DNA of 51,512 bases from a virus (lineage: Duplodnaviria > Caudoviricetes). The position numbers and the translations under genes were made by a program. Below are positions 18,209-27,086 of this stretch, piece after piece; the first letter of the stretch is position 1; the number at the start of each line of letters is the position of its first letter. The notes beneath the pieces are model-generated. The model was not told the origin of the DNA. It saw only the letters and a list, made by a program, of their open reading frames with translations, and made no database searches. Location of the stretch: IMG/VR virus record IMGVR_UViG_3300032318_001575, positions 1-51,512 of that record; one strand, given 5' to 3'.

Positions 18209-19239
18209 TCAAGCAGGTCTCCCTTCCCTTCCTGCACGTCTACAAGGACCGGCATGGCCGGATCCGGAGATATGCAAGGAAGAGGGGGCGGAAGATCACA
18301 CTGCGGCTGGATCCCACGGATCCGGGGTTCCTGGCAGAATATCAAAGAGCCATTGATCTTCTTGACCAGAAGGTTGAAACGGCAACGCCTCAGTCATGGA
18401 GCGCACTTGTTGTTGACTATCTTTCCAGCGCTCATTTCCACCAGCTTGCCCCGCGCACCCGTGCCGAAAATCGTCGTGAGGTGGATCGGATCAGGATGAA
18501 GTGGGGGCCTCTTCCCGTTTCGCGCCTCGAGCCGCGCCACATCCTGAAGTGGCAGGATGAGATGAAGACCTTTCCGGGCCGCGCCAACAACATGCTGGCA
18601 ACCCTGAAAATGCTTCTCGCGTTTGGCAAGACAAGGGGCTACCGGCACAACTCGCCGGCGGATGGGATCCGGGAATTGAAGTCCGGCAAATACCGCTCAT
18701 GGACGGAAGGGGAGATCGGGGCCTTTGAGGCAAGGTGGCCACAAGGAACGCGCGAGCGGCTGATCTTTGACCTCGCATTGTATACGGGGCAAAGGCGCTC
18801 GGACCTGCTGGCAATGACCAGGGCGCACATCTCAAATGGGGTGGTGGGCGTGATCCAGCAAAAGACGGGGGAGCGGGTTGCGATACCTATCCACCCTGCC
18901 CTGCAGGCCAGTCTCGACGCCTACCCGTCCAAGGGCCTTCACCTACTCCAGCGGCTGGATGGGAAACCTCTGGGGGTCCGGGATCTGTCACAGATCTTTG
19001 CCGGCGCCGTTGAGGCTGCAGGGCTTCCTGCCGCTTGCGTGCTTCATGGCCTCAGATACTCGGCCGCCAGACGGCTGGCAGACGCCGGGGCCACGCCGCA
19101 TGAGATCATGGCGATTACGGGCCACAGAACCTTGGGCATGGTGGAGAAATATACCCGCGAGGCCAGCAAGGACATTCTGGCAAAGAAAGCGATCAAGAGA
19201 TTGCGCGCAGGAACGGGAACAGAACCTGAAGGTGGCTAA
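18205..19239 (+). CDS. int: Tyrosine integrase
   Basis: TGQRRSD, HGLRY, ITGH, catalytic Y (VEKYT). Confidence 0.95.
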   Translation: MIKQVSLPFLHVYKDRHGRIRRYARKRGRKITLRLDPTDPGFLAEYQRAIDLLDQKVETATPQSWSALVVDYLSSAHFHQLAPRTRAENRREVDRIRMKWGPLPVSRLEPRHILKWQDEMKTFPGRANNMLATLKMLLAFGKTRGYRHNSPADGIRELKSGKYRSWTEGEIGAFEARWPQGTRERLIFDLALYTGQRRSDLLAMTRAHISNGVVGVIQQKTGERVAIPIHPALQASLDAYPSKGLHLLQRLDGKPLGVRDLSQIFAGAVEAAGLPAACVLHGLRYSAARRLADAGATPHEIMAITGHRTLGMVEKYTREASKDILAKKAIKRLRAGTGTEPEGG

Positions 19240-19430
19240 CCTTGGGGCTTGATGGTGGCTAACCTAACAGGCTGCACAAGCATAAGCCTTTGAAAGTATT
19301 GGTCGGAGCGACAGGATTTGAACCTGCGACCCCCAGTCCCCCAGGGCGGCGCAATGGCTTATATATCAACGATATGGGGTGGCTAACCTCCCCCATATTC
19401 GGCATGAACGGTTGGGGAACGTGGCTAGCC
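19231..19430. repeat. Integrase arm-type sites flanking the attP core
   Basis: GGTGGCTAACCT at 19231, 19254 and 19378; variant GTGGCTAGCC at 19421. Confidence 0.75.
19300..19344 (-). mobile_element. attP: attP core: 3' half of tRNA-Pro(GGG)
   Basis: Minus strand CTGGGGG-ACTGG-GGGTC-GCAGG-TTCAAAT-CCTGT-CGCTCCG-ACCA (anticodon loop to CCA); 5' half absent; next to int. Confidence 0.9.
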
Positions 19431-19470
19431 AATCAAAACCCGATCAAGAAATAAGGCGGGGCTGAGACCA

Positions 19471-19731
19471 CTAGTTTTTGCCACATTGCAGCGACCAGTC
19501 CGCCAATTCCCGATGCCGTGCCCGCAGAGCCTCAAAGCGCTGAATATCCTGCACGTAGGCGGTAAGGAGGTCTGGGAGGGGTATTGGTGCCGGGAGCGAA
19601 TTAGCCGCCGCCAGAGGGCCCTCAGGGGCTGTCAGGAGTGGTGGTGGGGGCGGACAAGTCTCCGGCCCTGGCACGGTTGAGCAGGCCGGCAACAGGCTCA
19701 TCGATGCTGCAATCAGGATTGTCCGCCACAT
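19471..19731 (-). CDS. Outer-membrane spanin (Rz1-like lipoprotein)
   Basis: Lipobox LLPAC, Pro-rich, overlaps the i-spanin 3' end in another frame. Confidence 0.8.
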   Translation of the reverse strand: MWRTILIAASMSLLPACSTVPGPETCPPPPPLLTAPEGPLAAANSLPAPIPLPDLLTAYVQDIQRFEALRARHRELADWSLQCGKN

Positions 19732-20014
19732 TTGCTCTAATGGTTCGCGTTATGATTTTGACGCTGGCGTTTCTTTTGGCTTCAGCGGCCGCCAGCTTGG
19801 CCTCTGAGAGTTCAGACCTGACAAGCACCAGCTCCCGTTGCGCTTGGTTCTTCTCGAGCACAACAGCAATCCGCCGCTTCATCTCATCCTGAATGGCCGC
19901 CCGCGCGGCCTTCAGCTTTGAGGCATCCTCCGCCCACCCGCGCACGGTCCAGGCTGAGAGAAGGAGCAGGACCGCCAAGAGCCCTGCCCCGCCCCATTTC
20001 ACGTAAGAGAGCAT
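19622..20014 (-). CDS. Inner-membrane spanin (Rz-like)
   Basis: N-terminal TM, coiled coil, C-terminal Cys. Confidence 0.8.
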   Translation of the reverse strand: MLSYVKWGGAGLLAVLLLLSAWTVRGWAEDASKLKAARAAIQDEMKRRIAVVLEKNQAQRELVLVRSELSEAKLAAAEAKRNASVKIITRTIRANVADNPDCSIDEPVAGLLNRARAGDLSAPTTTPDSP

Positions 20015-20253
20015 TACGGCTTGGGAAGGTTGTTGGGCGCATTGGCAGCGCCCACCGCCGTCAAGGCAATCAGAACCGCATTGATCTCATTGAGATAAGG
20101 GATCTCAAAGCCGGCGCCGAAAGCGGACAAGGCTGCACTGATGGCAACAATCAAAGCCGACACGACTGCCGCAACAGCCGCCACCTTTGTCTTCAGGCCC
20201 GGAAAGTAATTGAGCGCGCCAACAAGCACGTCAAGAACAAGCTTCAGGTTCAT
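20014..20253 (-). CDS. Putative holin
   Basis: 79 aa with two hydrophobic segments, inside the lysis cassette. Confidence 0.6.
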   Translation of the reverse strand: MNLKLVLDVLVGALNYFPGLKTKVAAVAAVVSALIVAISAALSAFGAGFEIPYLNEINAVLIALTAVGAANAPNNLPKP

Positions 20254-20277
20254 CGTCTTTCTCCTGGTTTATAATTG

Positions 20278-20544
20278 TTAGGGTGTGCCGAAATCCAACA
20301 ACGTCTTGAAATCAAGCGCCCCGTTAATTGTTAGCAGGACGATGATGACGATTAGCAGCCGCTGTGTTGAGTGCAGACTCGCTCGCGTTTTCGTAACCTC
20401 GACCATGACGGTCGTGTAGCGTTTCGCACACATCCGCACGTGCAGCCCAAGGTTCTTGTGCTCCGACTCATCCGGGTGGGCCATCTGGTCGTTCTCGGCA
20501 TCGTACACTGGCGTTGGCCCAAATATCGCCTCCATCAAACTCAC
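20278..20544 (-). CDS. Lysis-cassette membrane protein (holin/antiholin candidate)
   Basis: C-terminal TM; HV..CA.RY motif; follows the endolysin. Confidence 0.55.
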   Translation of the reverse strand: MSLMEAIFGPTPVYDAENDQMAHPDESEHKNLGLHVRMCAKRYTTVMVEVTKTRASLHSTQRLLIVIIVLLTINGALDFKTLLDFGTP

Positions 20545-20547
20545 GTC

Positions 20548-21054
20548 TCAGTCCTCCCTGTTGCTCAGTGATGCCAGCCCCGACGCCGGCAATGGTCCAA
20601 CCCACTCAGGTTTGATGAGCTGTGACGCAGGCCATCGCCACGCCACCACGCGATCCATGTGAAACGAAGCGATCGACACGCTGTCCGCCTGGTTTCCACC
20701 CAGCACTTGAACGAGGCCGCTCGGTTGATTGGATCCAAGATAAAACGCAACGTGCCCCTGCCACGCGTGCGGTGGACGCGAGAACACAACAACGCAGCCA
20801 AGAACCGGGGAGTTTAGCTTTCGCCCCCACGTCTCATAACTGCGCGCGTTTGCCTTGCCAGAGTGTGGGATGCTCGAGCGTGCAAGCATGGCACCTACAA
20901 AAGCCGCACACCACGGCACCTCATCCTGCCCGTCCGCGACATTGGCAAGACCAGCGTCGTTCCAGTATTTGATGATCCTTGGGTTGTCAGGCGCGCCGAC
21001 AAATTCACGCACGCCCGTCTCCGCTCGAGCAGCGGATAGCCATGCAGGTTCCAT
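20548..21054 (-). CDS. Endolysin, CHAP/NlpC-P60-like (TIGR02594-like)
   Basis: DEVPWCAAFV (catalytic Cys), WQGHVAF (His), VLGGNQ. Confidence 0.85.
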   Translation of the reverse strand: MEPAWLSAARAETGVREFVGAPDNPRIIKYWNDAGLANVADGQDEVPWCAAFVGAMLARSSIPHSGKANARSYETWGRKLNSPVLGCVVVFSRPPHAWQGHVAFYLGSNQPSGLVQVLGGNQADSVSIASFHMDRVVAWRWPASQLIKPEWVGPLPASGLASLSNRED

Positions 21055-21066
21055 GTGAGACAACCC

Positions 21067-21708
21067 CTATGTATAGGCAAATGTAATGCGGCCTGCAGCA
21101 CCGCTGCCACCATCTGCAAAATCGCTATCAAGCTCACCGCCACCGCCGCCTCCAGGGGCTGTTCCGGATCCACCTCCAACGGTATTGTTGCTGCCACCGG
21201 GCCCGCCACCCGTCGCAGCATCACCACCCTTGCCTCCAGCGCCATTTGTTCCAGCGTTGCCGTTTGTATTCGTTCCTCCGCCGGACGCAGTTCCGGCCGC
21301 GCCGTTGACCGTCGTGGTTGCTCCCCCACCGCCCCCAGCGCTGTGTGACACGCCGGCAAAACCACCTGTTCCGCCGCTTGTTGTTGTTGCAATTCCGTTT
21401 ACACCGTTTCCAGGCGTGCCTGCGCCCGCTCCAGCTCCGCCACCACCTACGCTGTAAGAAATTGAATTGCCGCCTGACACAGAAACCGTCGTGACGCATT
21501 TTGCGCCACCACCTCCGCCACGCAAGCCTGGCAAGGAGTTATTCACATTGCCGCCGCCGCCGCCGCCGAATGAGGTGATGGTGCAGCTTGATGCTCCAGC
21601 CGGCGCCGTCTCAGTGCCAGAGCCGGAGTTGTAGGTGTTTGTCACTGGCGTGAAGGATGGAGCGCCTCCAGCCCCAAACCCAATCAGTTGCGTAATGCCA
21701 AAGCTCAT
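21067..21708 (-). CDS. Glycine-rich tail fibre tip/receptor-binding protein
   Basis: Repeated GGGGG motifs, downstream of the tail fibre. Confidence 0.7.
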   Translation of the reverse strand: MSFGITQLIGFGAGGAPSFTPVTNTYNSGSGTETAPAGASSCTITSFGGGGGGNVNNSLPGLRGGGGGAKCVTTVSVSGGNSISYSVGGGGAGAGAGTPGNGVNGIATTTSGGTGGFAGVSHSAGGGGGATTTVNGAAGTASGGGTNTNGNAGTNGAGGKGGDAATGGGPGGSNNTVGGGSGTAPGGGGGGELDSDFADGGSGAAGRITFAYT

Positions 21709-21711
21709 CGG

Positions 21712-23253
21712 TTAATCATCGATGTTGGAGTCAATGGTGTAAATCAACCGCACACCAATCAGGCGCGCATCCGCGTTGAGCGTATCGCTGCCATCAGCTG
21801 GATTGCGTTTGATCTGGAAGTAACAGATGTCGCCAACCGCGGGAGTGCCTGCGATTGTGATGGCAGCACTTTCAGGACCAACATGAACATCAGTGGTGGC
21901 AATAAGCGTGTCTGTTGATGTCTGTGCCGTGCCAAACGCCGCATCAATTACATCGTCATCAGAAACCGCAACACCTTCAAGGGCCCAAACAACACCACCC
22001 GTCCCGGATGCTGCGGTCCAGTAGGGGATGAACGTAACAGTTCCCTCATTCCAACCCTTGGGGAATGAGATATTGAATTGGGCAAACTCCTGCGTGCTTG
22101 TGTCGAAATCCAGGGTCTTGTTCATGACCTTGTTTGTGCTGCTTTCCGTTGTGCCGGATGCAGCGCCATTGGTGGTCCTGGATGTCATGGCAGACGCAGG
22201 AACCCAGACCGTCTGCTTTCCAATGCCAACCCTGTCGAGCCTGACTTTCTTGTAAGCGGATGCAGAGTTATCGCGGGTCACAACAAAGTCTGCGGCGGTC
22301 TCAGGCGCCGTGTCTTCGGTCGCATTCGTGATGGCATTGAGAAACAGATCCGCCACGGTGACCTTGTTTCCCGCGTTCGTCTCCGACGCATCCACAAAGG
22401 GGATGAGATCGTTTGTTGCACCACCCGTTGCGTCGGTGGTGAGCAGTTGCAATCCGTTGATGAGGAGGTTGTCTACCGTCCCGACCTGTGCCGCATTGCT
22501 CTCGGACGCGTCAGAAAAGATTACGCGATCTCCCGTCCCTCCGATCGTGGTATCAGCCGTAAAGCCGGACAACACGTTGTCAAACAGGTTCTGGACCGTA
22601 ACTTTGTTTGAGGCGTTGGAGTCAGAGAGGTCAACAAACGGCAAAAAGTCGCCAGCTGCACCGCCGGTTGAGTCCGTTGTTAGTGAGTTGAGGTCCACCG
22701 CTGGAACAGACACGGGGAATTTCGGGTTGACGAGTTCAAACCCCGTGCCGTCATAGATCAGGTAAAGAATGTCTCCAGATCCGTAATCACCCGCAGTCAG
22801 GACGCCTTGGTGCTTCCGGATGGTCTTGGCGCCAAGGGTATTGACGTTGATGGTGGGGTTGGTGACGGTATTTGCACCAGGAGCCACCACCCACACTTTC
22901 ATTCCCGTGGTGTATGTAGATGGTGCGGGTGTAATGGTCCCCGTAATTGCATCTCCGGTGCCGCCCGGGCTTGCGGCTCTCCAGATCGTTCCATCCTGCA
23001 ACTCAGCAACGCGCCCGTAATTTGCTCTAAGCGTGGCGGCTCCGACATTGGTATGCAGGAACCCTCCCATGGGGAGGTTTGCGCTGGCTGCATTCTGACC
23101 ATCTCGAGCCACGCAATTCTCGATCGCGTCCGCAAGATCCTGATCCTGCGCGTCCATTTCCGTCGCGCCGATGATGTTGGTGGGAGAACCAGCATCGCGC
23201 CGGGCTACCCATGAGTACAAAAGGCTAACTACACCACTACCGTTCCAAGGCAT
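21712..23253 (-). CDS. Tail fibre protein
   Basis: Podoviral N-terminal anchor (MPWNGSG...DGQ....ANLPMGGF); four internal ~42-aa repeats (T.D.TGG...D.IPFVDAS.SNA.NKVTV.NLF). Confidence 0.8.
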   Translation of the reverse strand: MPWNGSGVVSLLYSWVARRDAGSPTNIIGATEMDAQDQDLADAIENCVARDGQNAASANLPMGGFLHTNVGAATLRANYGRVAELQDGTIWRAASPGGTGDAITGTITPAPSTYTTGMKVWVVAPGANTVTNPTINVNTLGAKTIRKHQGVLTAGDYGSGDILYLIYDGTGFELVNPKFPVSVPAVDLNSLTTDSTGGAAGDFLPFVDLSDSNASNKVTVQNLFDNVLSGFTADTTIGGTGDRVIFSDASESNAAQVGTVDNLLINGLQLLTTDATGGATNDLIPFVDASETNAGNKVTVADLFLNAITNATEDTAPETAADFVVTRDNSASAYKKVRLDRVGIGKQTVWVPASAMTSRTTNGAASGTTESSTNKVMNKTLDFDTSTQEFAQFNISFPKGWNEGTVTFIPYWTAASGTGGVVWALEGVAVSDDDVIDAAFGTAQTSTDTLIATTDVHVGPESAAITIAGTPAVGDICYFQIKRNPADGSDTLNADARLIGVRLIYTIDSNIDD

Positions 23254-23280
23254 GGAGCCTCCTCAAAAAAAGCAATAATA

Positions 23281-23297
23281 TTACGCATTATGCGTAT
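23281..23297. promoter_or_regulatory. Third CI-type operator upstream of an antisense gene cluster
   Basis: TTACGCA-TTA-TGCGTAT matches the OR/OL consensus TTACGCG-N3-CGCGTAA; AT-rich context. Confidence 0.6.
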
Positions 23298-23370
23298 TGC
23301 GTATTAGGGCGCTATGCCCTATGTTCAATTCATCGCTTCGGGCAATTCTGCCCACTCCAAGGAGGTCGCG

Positions 23371-23568
23371 ATGCTCTCTCTCTCTTCCACCTGCCTCGCC
23401 ATCGCAGTCGCCGCTAAGAACGGCACTCTTCGTCTTGAGGTTCGTCCAAGCCGCCTTGGCGGTGAGTACGTCGCGATCTGCGATAATCGCGGGATTATCG
23501 AAGCTGCCTTGTCGGTGGCTGAGGCTGAGGCCCGAGTTAGGGCGGTAGCAGAAAAGGTGGCGGCGTAA
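23371..23568 (+). CDS. Hypothetical protein (antisense cluster gene 1)
   Basis: AGGAGG RBS before ATG 23371. Confidence 0.6.
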   Translation: MLSLSSTCLAIAVAAKNGTLRLEVRPSRLGGEYVAICDNRGIIEAALSVAEAEARVRAVAEKVAA

Positions 23569-23595
23569 GCCGCTACCCCAACAGGGAGAAAGAAT

Positions 23596-23799
23596 ATGTT
23601 TGAACTTCACATTGCCGAACGCTTCGACATGGCCTTCAAGCCGGGCGTCGATGAAGTCACAATCGACGGCATCACCATCACCCGCAAGGAAGTCGGCGAC
23701 ACCACATTCTTCTGCAAGGATCATATCTGCATGGCAGTCACTGAAACCGGCCTTGGTGCCAACGAGTGCGCCATCTACGACCTTCTCAACTTCCGCTAA
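23596..23799 (+). CDS. Hypothetical protein (cluster gene 2)
   Basis: AGGGAG RBS. Confidence 0.6.
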   Translation: MFELHIAERFDMAFKPGVDEVTIDGITITRKEVGDTTFFCKDHICMAVTETGLGANECAIYDLLNFR

Positions 23800-23815
23800 A
23801 TCAGGGAGAACCCAG

Positions 23816-24037
23816 ATGATGAACGCCACAATCAAAGCCGCCACCAGCAACGACGAATTGATCGCCATGCGCGCCGAACTGACCATGCTTGAAGAGGCCT
23901 GCAATGAGGCTTGGAAAGCCTACAAGATGGGCCCACAGGAGGCCATGGCCTTTGATGTCCTCAACCTCAAGAGGGCTCAGGTCAGCTCTGCCTACAACAA
24001 CAAGGTGCTCGACCTGATCAAGGCCACCGAAGCCTAA
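23816..24037 (+). CDS. Hypothetical helical protein (cluster gene 3)
   Basis: AGGGAG RBS. Confidence 0.6.
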   Translation: MMNATIKAATSNDELIAMRAELTMLEEACNEAWKAYKMGPQEAMAFDVLNLKRAQVSSAYNNKVLDLIKATEA

Positions 24038-24082
24038 TTTTAACCCCTAGGGCCAGCGGCCCGCTCTTCAAGGAGAACAGAC

Positions 24083-24346
24083 ATGCTTGACCTCACAACC
24101 GACAACCTGCTTCCCTCGCTTCTGGATGAACGCGCGGCTCTGAAAGCCGGCATCGACGCCAACCAGAAGCGCCTCAAGGAAATAGACTCTGAGATTGCTT
24201 CCAAGCTGGCAGGCTCAGAGGAAGCCATCACAAGCGGCTGGAAGATCACTCACAAGATCCAGATCAGAAAGGAGCACGTGGTCAAGGAAACCATCTTCAC
24301 CGTCCTGCGCGCCACGCGCATTGAAGATCCGGCCCTTGCCGCATGA
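24083..24346 (+). CDS. Hypothetical coiled-coil protein (cluster gene 4)
   Basis: AAGGAG RBS. Confidence 0.6.
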   Translation: MLDLTTDNLLPSLLDERAALKAGIDANQKRLKEIDSEIASKLAGSEEAITSGWKITHKIQIRKEHVVKETIFTVLRATRIEDPALAA

Positions 24347-24349
24347 GCG

Positions 24350-24568
24350 ATGACCCCAAAGCAATTCAGAGCCATTCGCCACCAGTTAGGCCTTTCGGCA
24401 AATCAAATGGGAACCGCCCTCGGCCTCAGAGGAGATCCAGGGCGGACAGTCCGCCGATACGAGGCGGGGGACATAGAGATCAGCGGACCAGTCCAGACTG
24501 CAATGCTGGCCATACAGTCCGGGTTTCGACCCCCATGGTATCCTCAGACGAACGAGGAGATGGACTAA
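24350..24568 (+). CDS. XRE-family HTH protein
   Basis: MTPKQFRAIRHQLGLS..QM..ALG....RTVRRYEAG...I.GPV. Confidence 0.8.
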   Translation: MTPKQFRAIRHQLGLSANQMGTALGLRGDPGRTVRRYEAGDIEISGPVQTAMLAIQSGFRPPWYPQTNEEMD

Positions 24569-24570
24569 GC

Positions 24571-24813
24571 GTGCGCGAACTTTACGCGGGGTGCATCTAT
24601 CTTTGCCTTACCCTTATGGCTTGGGTTACCGGAGGCCTTATAGGTGTTCTTTTGATGAACCTTGGTTTTTGGATTGGATCCATTGACATTGGATGGGTGG
24701 ACGATTTGTTTGAGGAAAGGGGAGAGACTACAGAGGTTGATCCAGGGGACGAGGGCACGACGCCGGACCAATTACCCCAAGCCCCTCCCCTACCTGTCCG
24801 CGAAGCTGCCTAG
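24571..24813 (+). CDS. Small membrane protein
   Basis: GAGGAG RBS, GTG start, long hydrophobic segment then acidic tail. Confidence 0.5.
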   Translation: MRELYAGCIYLCLTLMAWVTGGLIGVLLMNLGFWIGSIDIGWVDDLFEERGETTEVDPGDEGTTPDQLPQAPPLPVREAA

Positions 24814-27083
24814 AAGGGTGCGTAAGGGGCCGCTACCGTGGCGGCTCCCACGCCAACCCGACCCGCAGCATCACGCGCATCATCGCTGCCCGCCGCAGCC
24901 GCTGCGGCTCCCTGCTGTGTCGCCGCCTGCCTCTGAACGATGGCATATTCCTGATTAAGCAATTTGAGACCTGCGCGGACATCATTTGGATCCGTCGAGA
25001 ATAGCATCTTGACGATCTGCGCCCGCGCTCTCTCGTTGATACCGTTGATGATGGCGGTAAAACGCTGCCAGCCCAGCATGTTCAACAAGGGCATGATGGA
25101 TCCCTGGCGAACGCTTTGGCCCACCGCAATCCCGGCTTCAGGAGACAGGGACGCGATTCCATCGTTAAGGTCTTGCTGCGCAGCCGTCCGTTGCGCCGTG
25201 GGAGACCCCACGTTCACATCACCATAAGTCTGGTACATCTTGGACTCTTGCCCATACCGTTCCGCCAGCTTGGCGTATTGCTCGTCACCTAGTACAGCTC
25301 TCATCCGGTCCCGCTTGGCTGTAGTGCCAAAAATGCGGTTTACCATGTTGCCCTTGTCGGGGGCGTTTTCGATCGTTTCTACCACTCGCTGGGAATAACC
25401 TTGCCTGTAGAACTCCTGCTCGCTCTGGCTCATGCCAGCCATCTCCTTTCGGATCTGGTCAGGGTGGCTATTGACTGCCTTGCGACCAGCCTCAAGCGCG
25501 CGGTTGTTGGCAGAGTGGCCGGCAAAGATTTTGCGCCCTGTAGCATAGTCCGGGCTAATCCGGTCCATCTCGTCCAGCCACTGGTTTTTCAAAGTGGTGA
25601 GGTTTCGCGCCGCCTGGTTGTTCCCAGACCTAACCGCGCTGTCGATCATGTCATCAAGCGCCATCTTGCCATAGTGCATGGCCTTCATCGTGTAGCCAAC
25701 GATGTTGCCCTTTGCATCACGGATAACAAGATCATCAAGGGGAATCCCCTCGTCTTGTGCCATCTTCAAGCCTTGCTGGATTGCACTCTTTCCGCTTGGG
25801 CGGTTGGTAAGCTCAACCACCTTTGGGCTGTTGACCGCCTTGTTGCCCTCAAAGGCCTTTTCATAGTGGGGCTTGGCCTCTGCTGATCGCGCGGCAGCGA
25901 TCTCGTCCGCCGTCTGGACAAACGACCCCGGGGGCTTTCCAAGGGCTTCCTCCATGTCATCAGTCAGTCGCTGCCCCATCCCCTGTTGACGCTCATCAAG
26001 GAACTTGATTGCCTCATCGCGTCCCTTGCCTGGCATGCGCGCAGCAGAGGTTCCTGCGTCCCTCACGCTTTGCGGCGCAACATCAATTGGAGCGAGCGGC
26101 TTTCCACTCGCCGCTGCGCCGAAATACTCCTCACCAAACTCGTCAATGCTTTTGCCAGAGTTGAAGAACTTCTGAGCCAAATACCGCGCGGCCTTGCTTT
26201 CGGAATTGCGCATGAGGTTGGCCATCTTCTGCCCCGCACTTGTGGATGCAGCTCCTAGCACACCAGCGCCCGAGGCAAGGGTCGCATTGAAAGCAAGGCG
26301 GCCAGCCAAGCCTTCCTGCCGGAGCTGCCCGCCGGGTGCAGCTTCTCCCGCGACCGCACCCGTCACGCCCAAGGCTGCAATGTTCTCAAGGTTGCGGCCT
26401 AATCGCGTTGCAGGAGCCGCAGCAACACGCCCTGCCATTCCTGCGGGAACCGCCTTTCCCGCTGCCTGTGCTGCCTGCGCAGCGGTCTCCGCCCCAAGGC
26501 CGGCACGAACCCCACGAATTCCCGCCTGCGCGCCTTTATAAAGCTTGGTCAGGGGACCGCCTGAGAGGACAAATCCAGTGCCGCCAGACAAAATATTCCC
26601 CGCAGACCAGTCATCTTCCTGCTCGCTGTAAACCTGTTTGGTCTGCTGCGCCTTCCTCAGGTTGTCTTCGTAATTGCCGCCCCTTACCGCCGTCTCGACG
26701 TTCGCCAAGACTTCAGGGCCCCAACCAAGAGTAGCGTTATTGTAAAGATTCATGGCATACCCGGCGCGCTGCTCGCCGAGTGATCGGTTGTCTCCGGGCT
26801 GCAGGCCCTGCTGCCGTTTGCGCTCAAGGTCTTTCCGGTTGTCTTCGTAGCTTCCACGCCCGGCCAATGTGCGCAACCCGGCAGAAACCTCCTGCGGTGC
26901 AATGCTTTCAAATTGGTCTGCGTACCAGTCGCCCCAGGAGCGTTCAGGGCTAGAGGCTGGCGCACCCATGGCGTCTTCATAGCTGATGCCTTCAGCCTGC
27001 TGCGCGTCCTCGTAGGACAGGCCCATATTGTCTTCAATCCACCGGCGCTTTGCTTCCGGCGACACTTTTGGGATGTATGGCAT
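24810..27083 (-). CDS. Large DNA-ejection (internal virion) protein
   Basis: 757-aa Ala/Gly-rich helical protein at the end of the ejection-gene block. Confidence 0.7.
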   Translation of the reverse strand: MPYIPKVSPEAKRRWIEDNMGLSYEDAQQAEGISYEDAMGAPASSPERSWGDWYADQFESIAPQEVSAGLRTLAGRGSYEDNRKDLERKRQQGLQPGDNRSLGEQRAGYAMNLYNNATLGWGPEVLANVETAVRGGNYEDNLRKAQQTKQVYSEQEDDWSAGNILSGGTGFVLSGGPLTKLYKGAQAGIRGVRAGLGAETAAQAAQAAGKAVPAGMAGRVAAAPATRLGRNLENIAALGVTGAVAGEAAPGGQLRQEGLAGRLAFNATLASGAGVLGAASTSAGQKMANLMRNSESKAARYLAQKFFNSGKSIDEFGEEYFGAAASGKPLAPIDVAPQSVRDAGTSAARMPGKGRDEAIKFLDERQQGMGQRLTDDMEEALGKPPGSFVQTADEIAAARSAEAKPHYEKAFEGNKAVNSPKVVELTNRPSGKSAIQQGLKMAQDEGIPLDDLVIRDAKGNIVGYTMKAMHYGKMALDDMIDSAVRSGNNQAARNLTTLKNQWLDEMDRISPDYATGRKIFAGHSANNRALEAGRKAVNSHPDQIRKEMAGMSQSEQEFYRQGYSQRVVETIENAPDKGNMVNRIFGTTAKRDRMRAVLGDEQYAKLAERYGQESKMYQTYGDVNVGSPTAQRTAAQQDLNDGIASLSPEAGIAVGQSVRQGSIMPLLNMLGWQRFTAIINGINERARAQIVKMLFSTDPNDVRAGLKLLNQEYAIVQRQAATQQGAAAAAAGSDDARDAAGRVGVGAATVAAPYAPF

Positions 27084-27086
27084 TGA

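Noticed and set aside
19300-19344. Phage-encoded tRNA-Pro gene
   Set aside because: Only the anticodon loop to CCA is present, with no D arm or 5' acceptor strand; explained as attP
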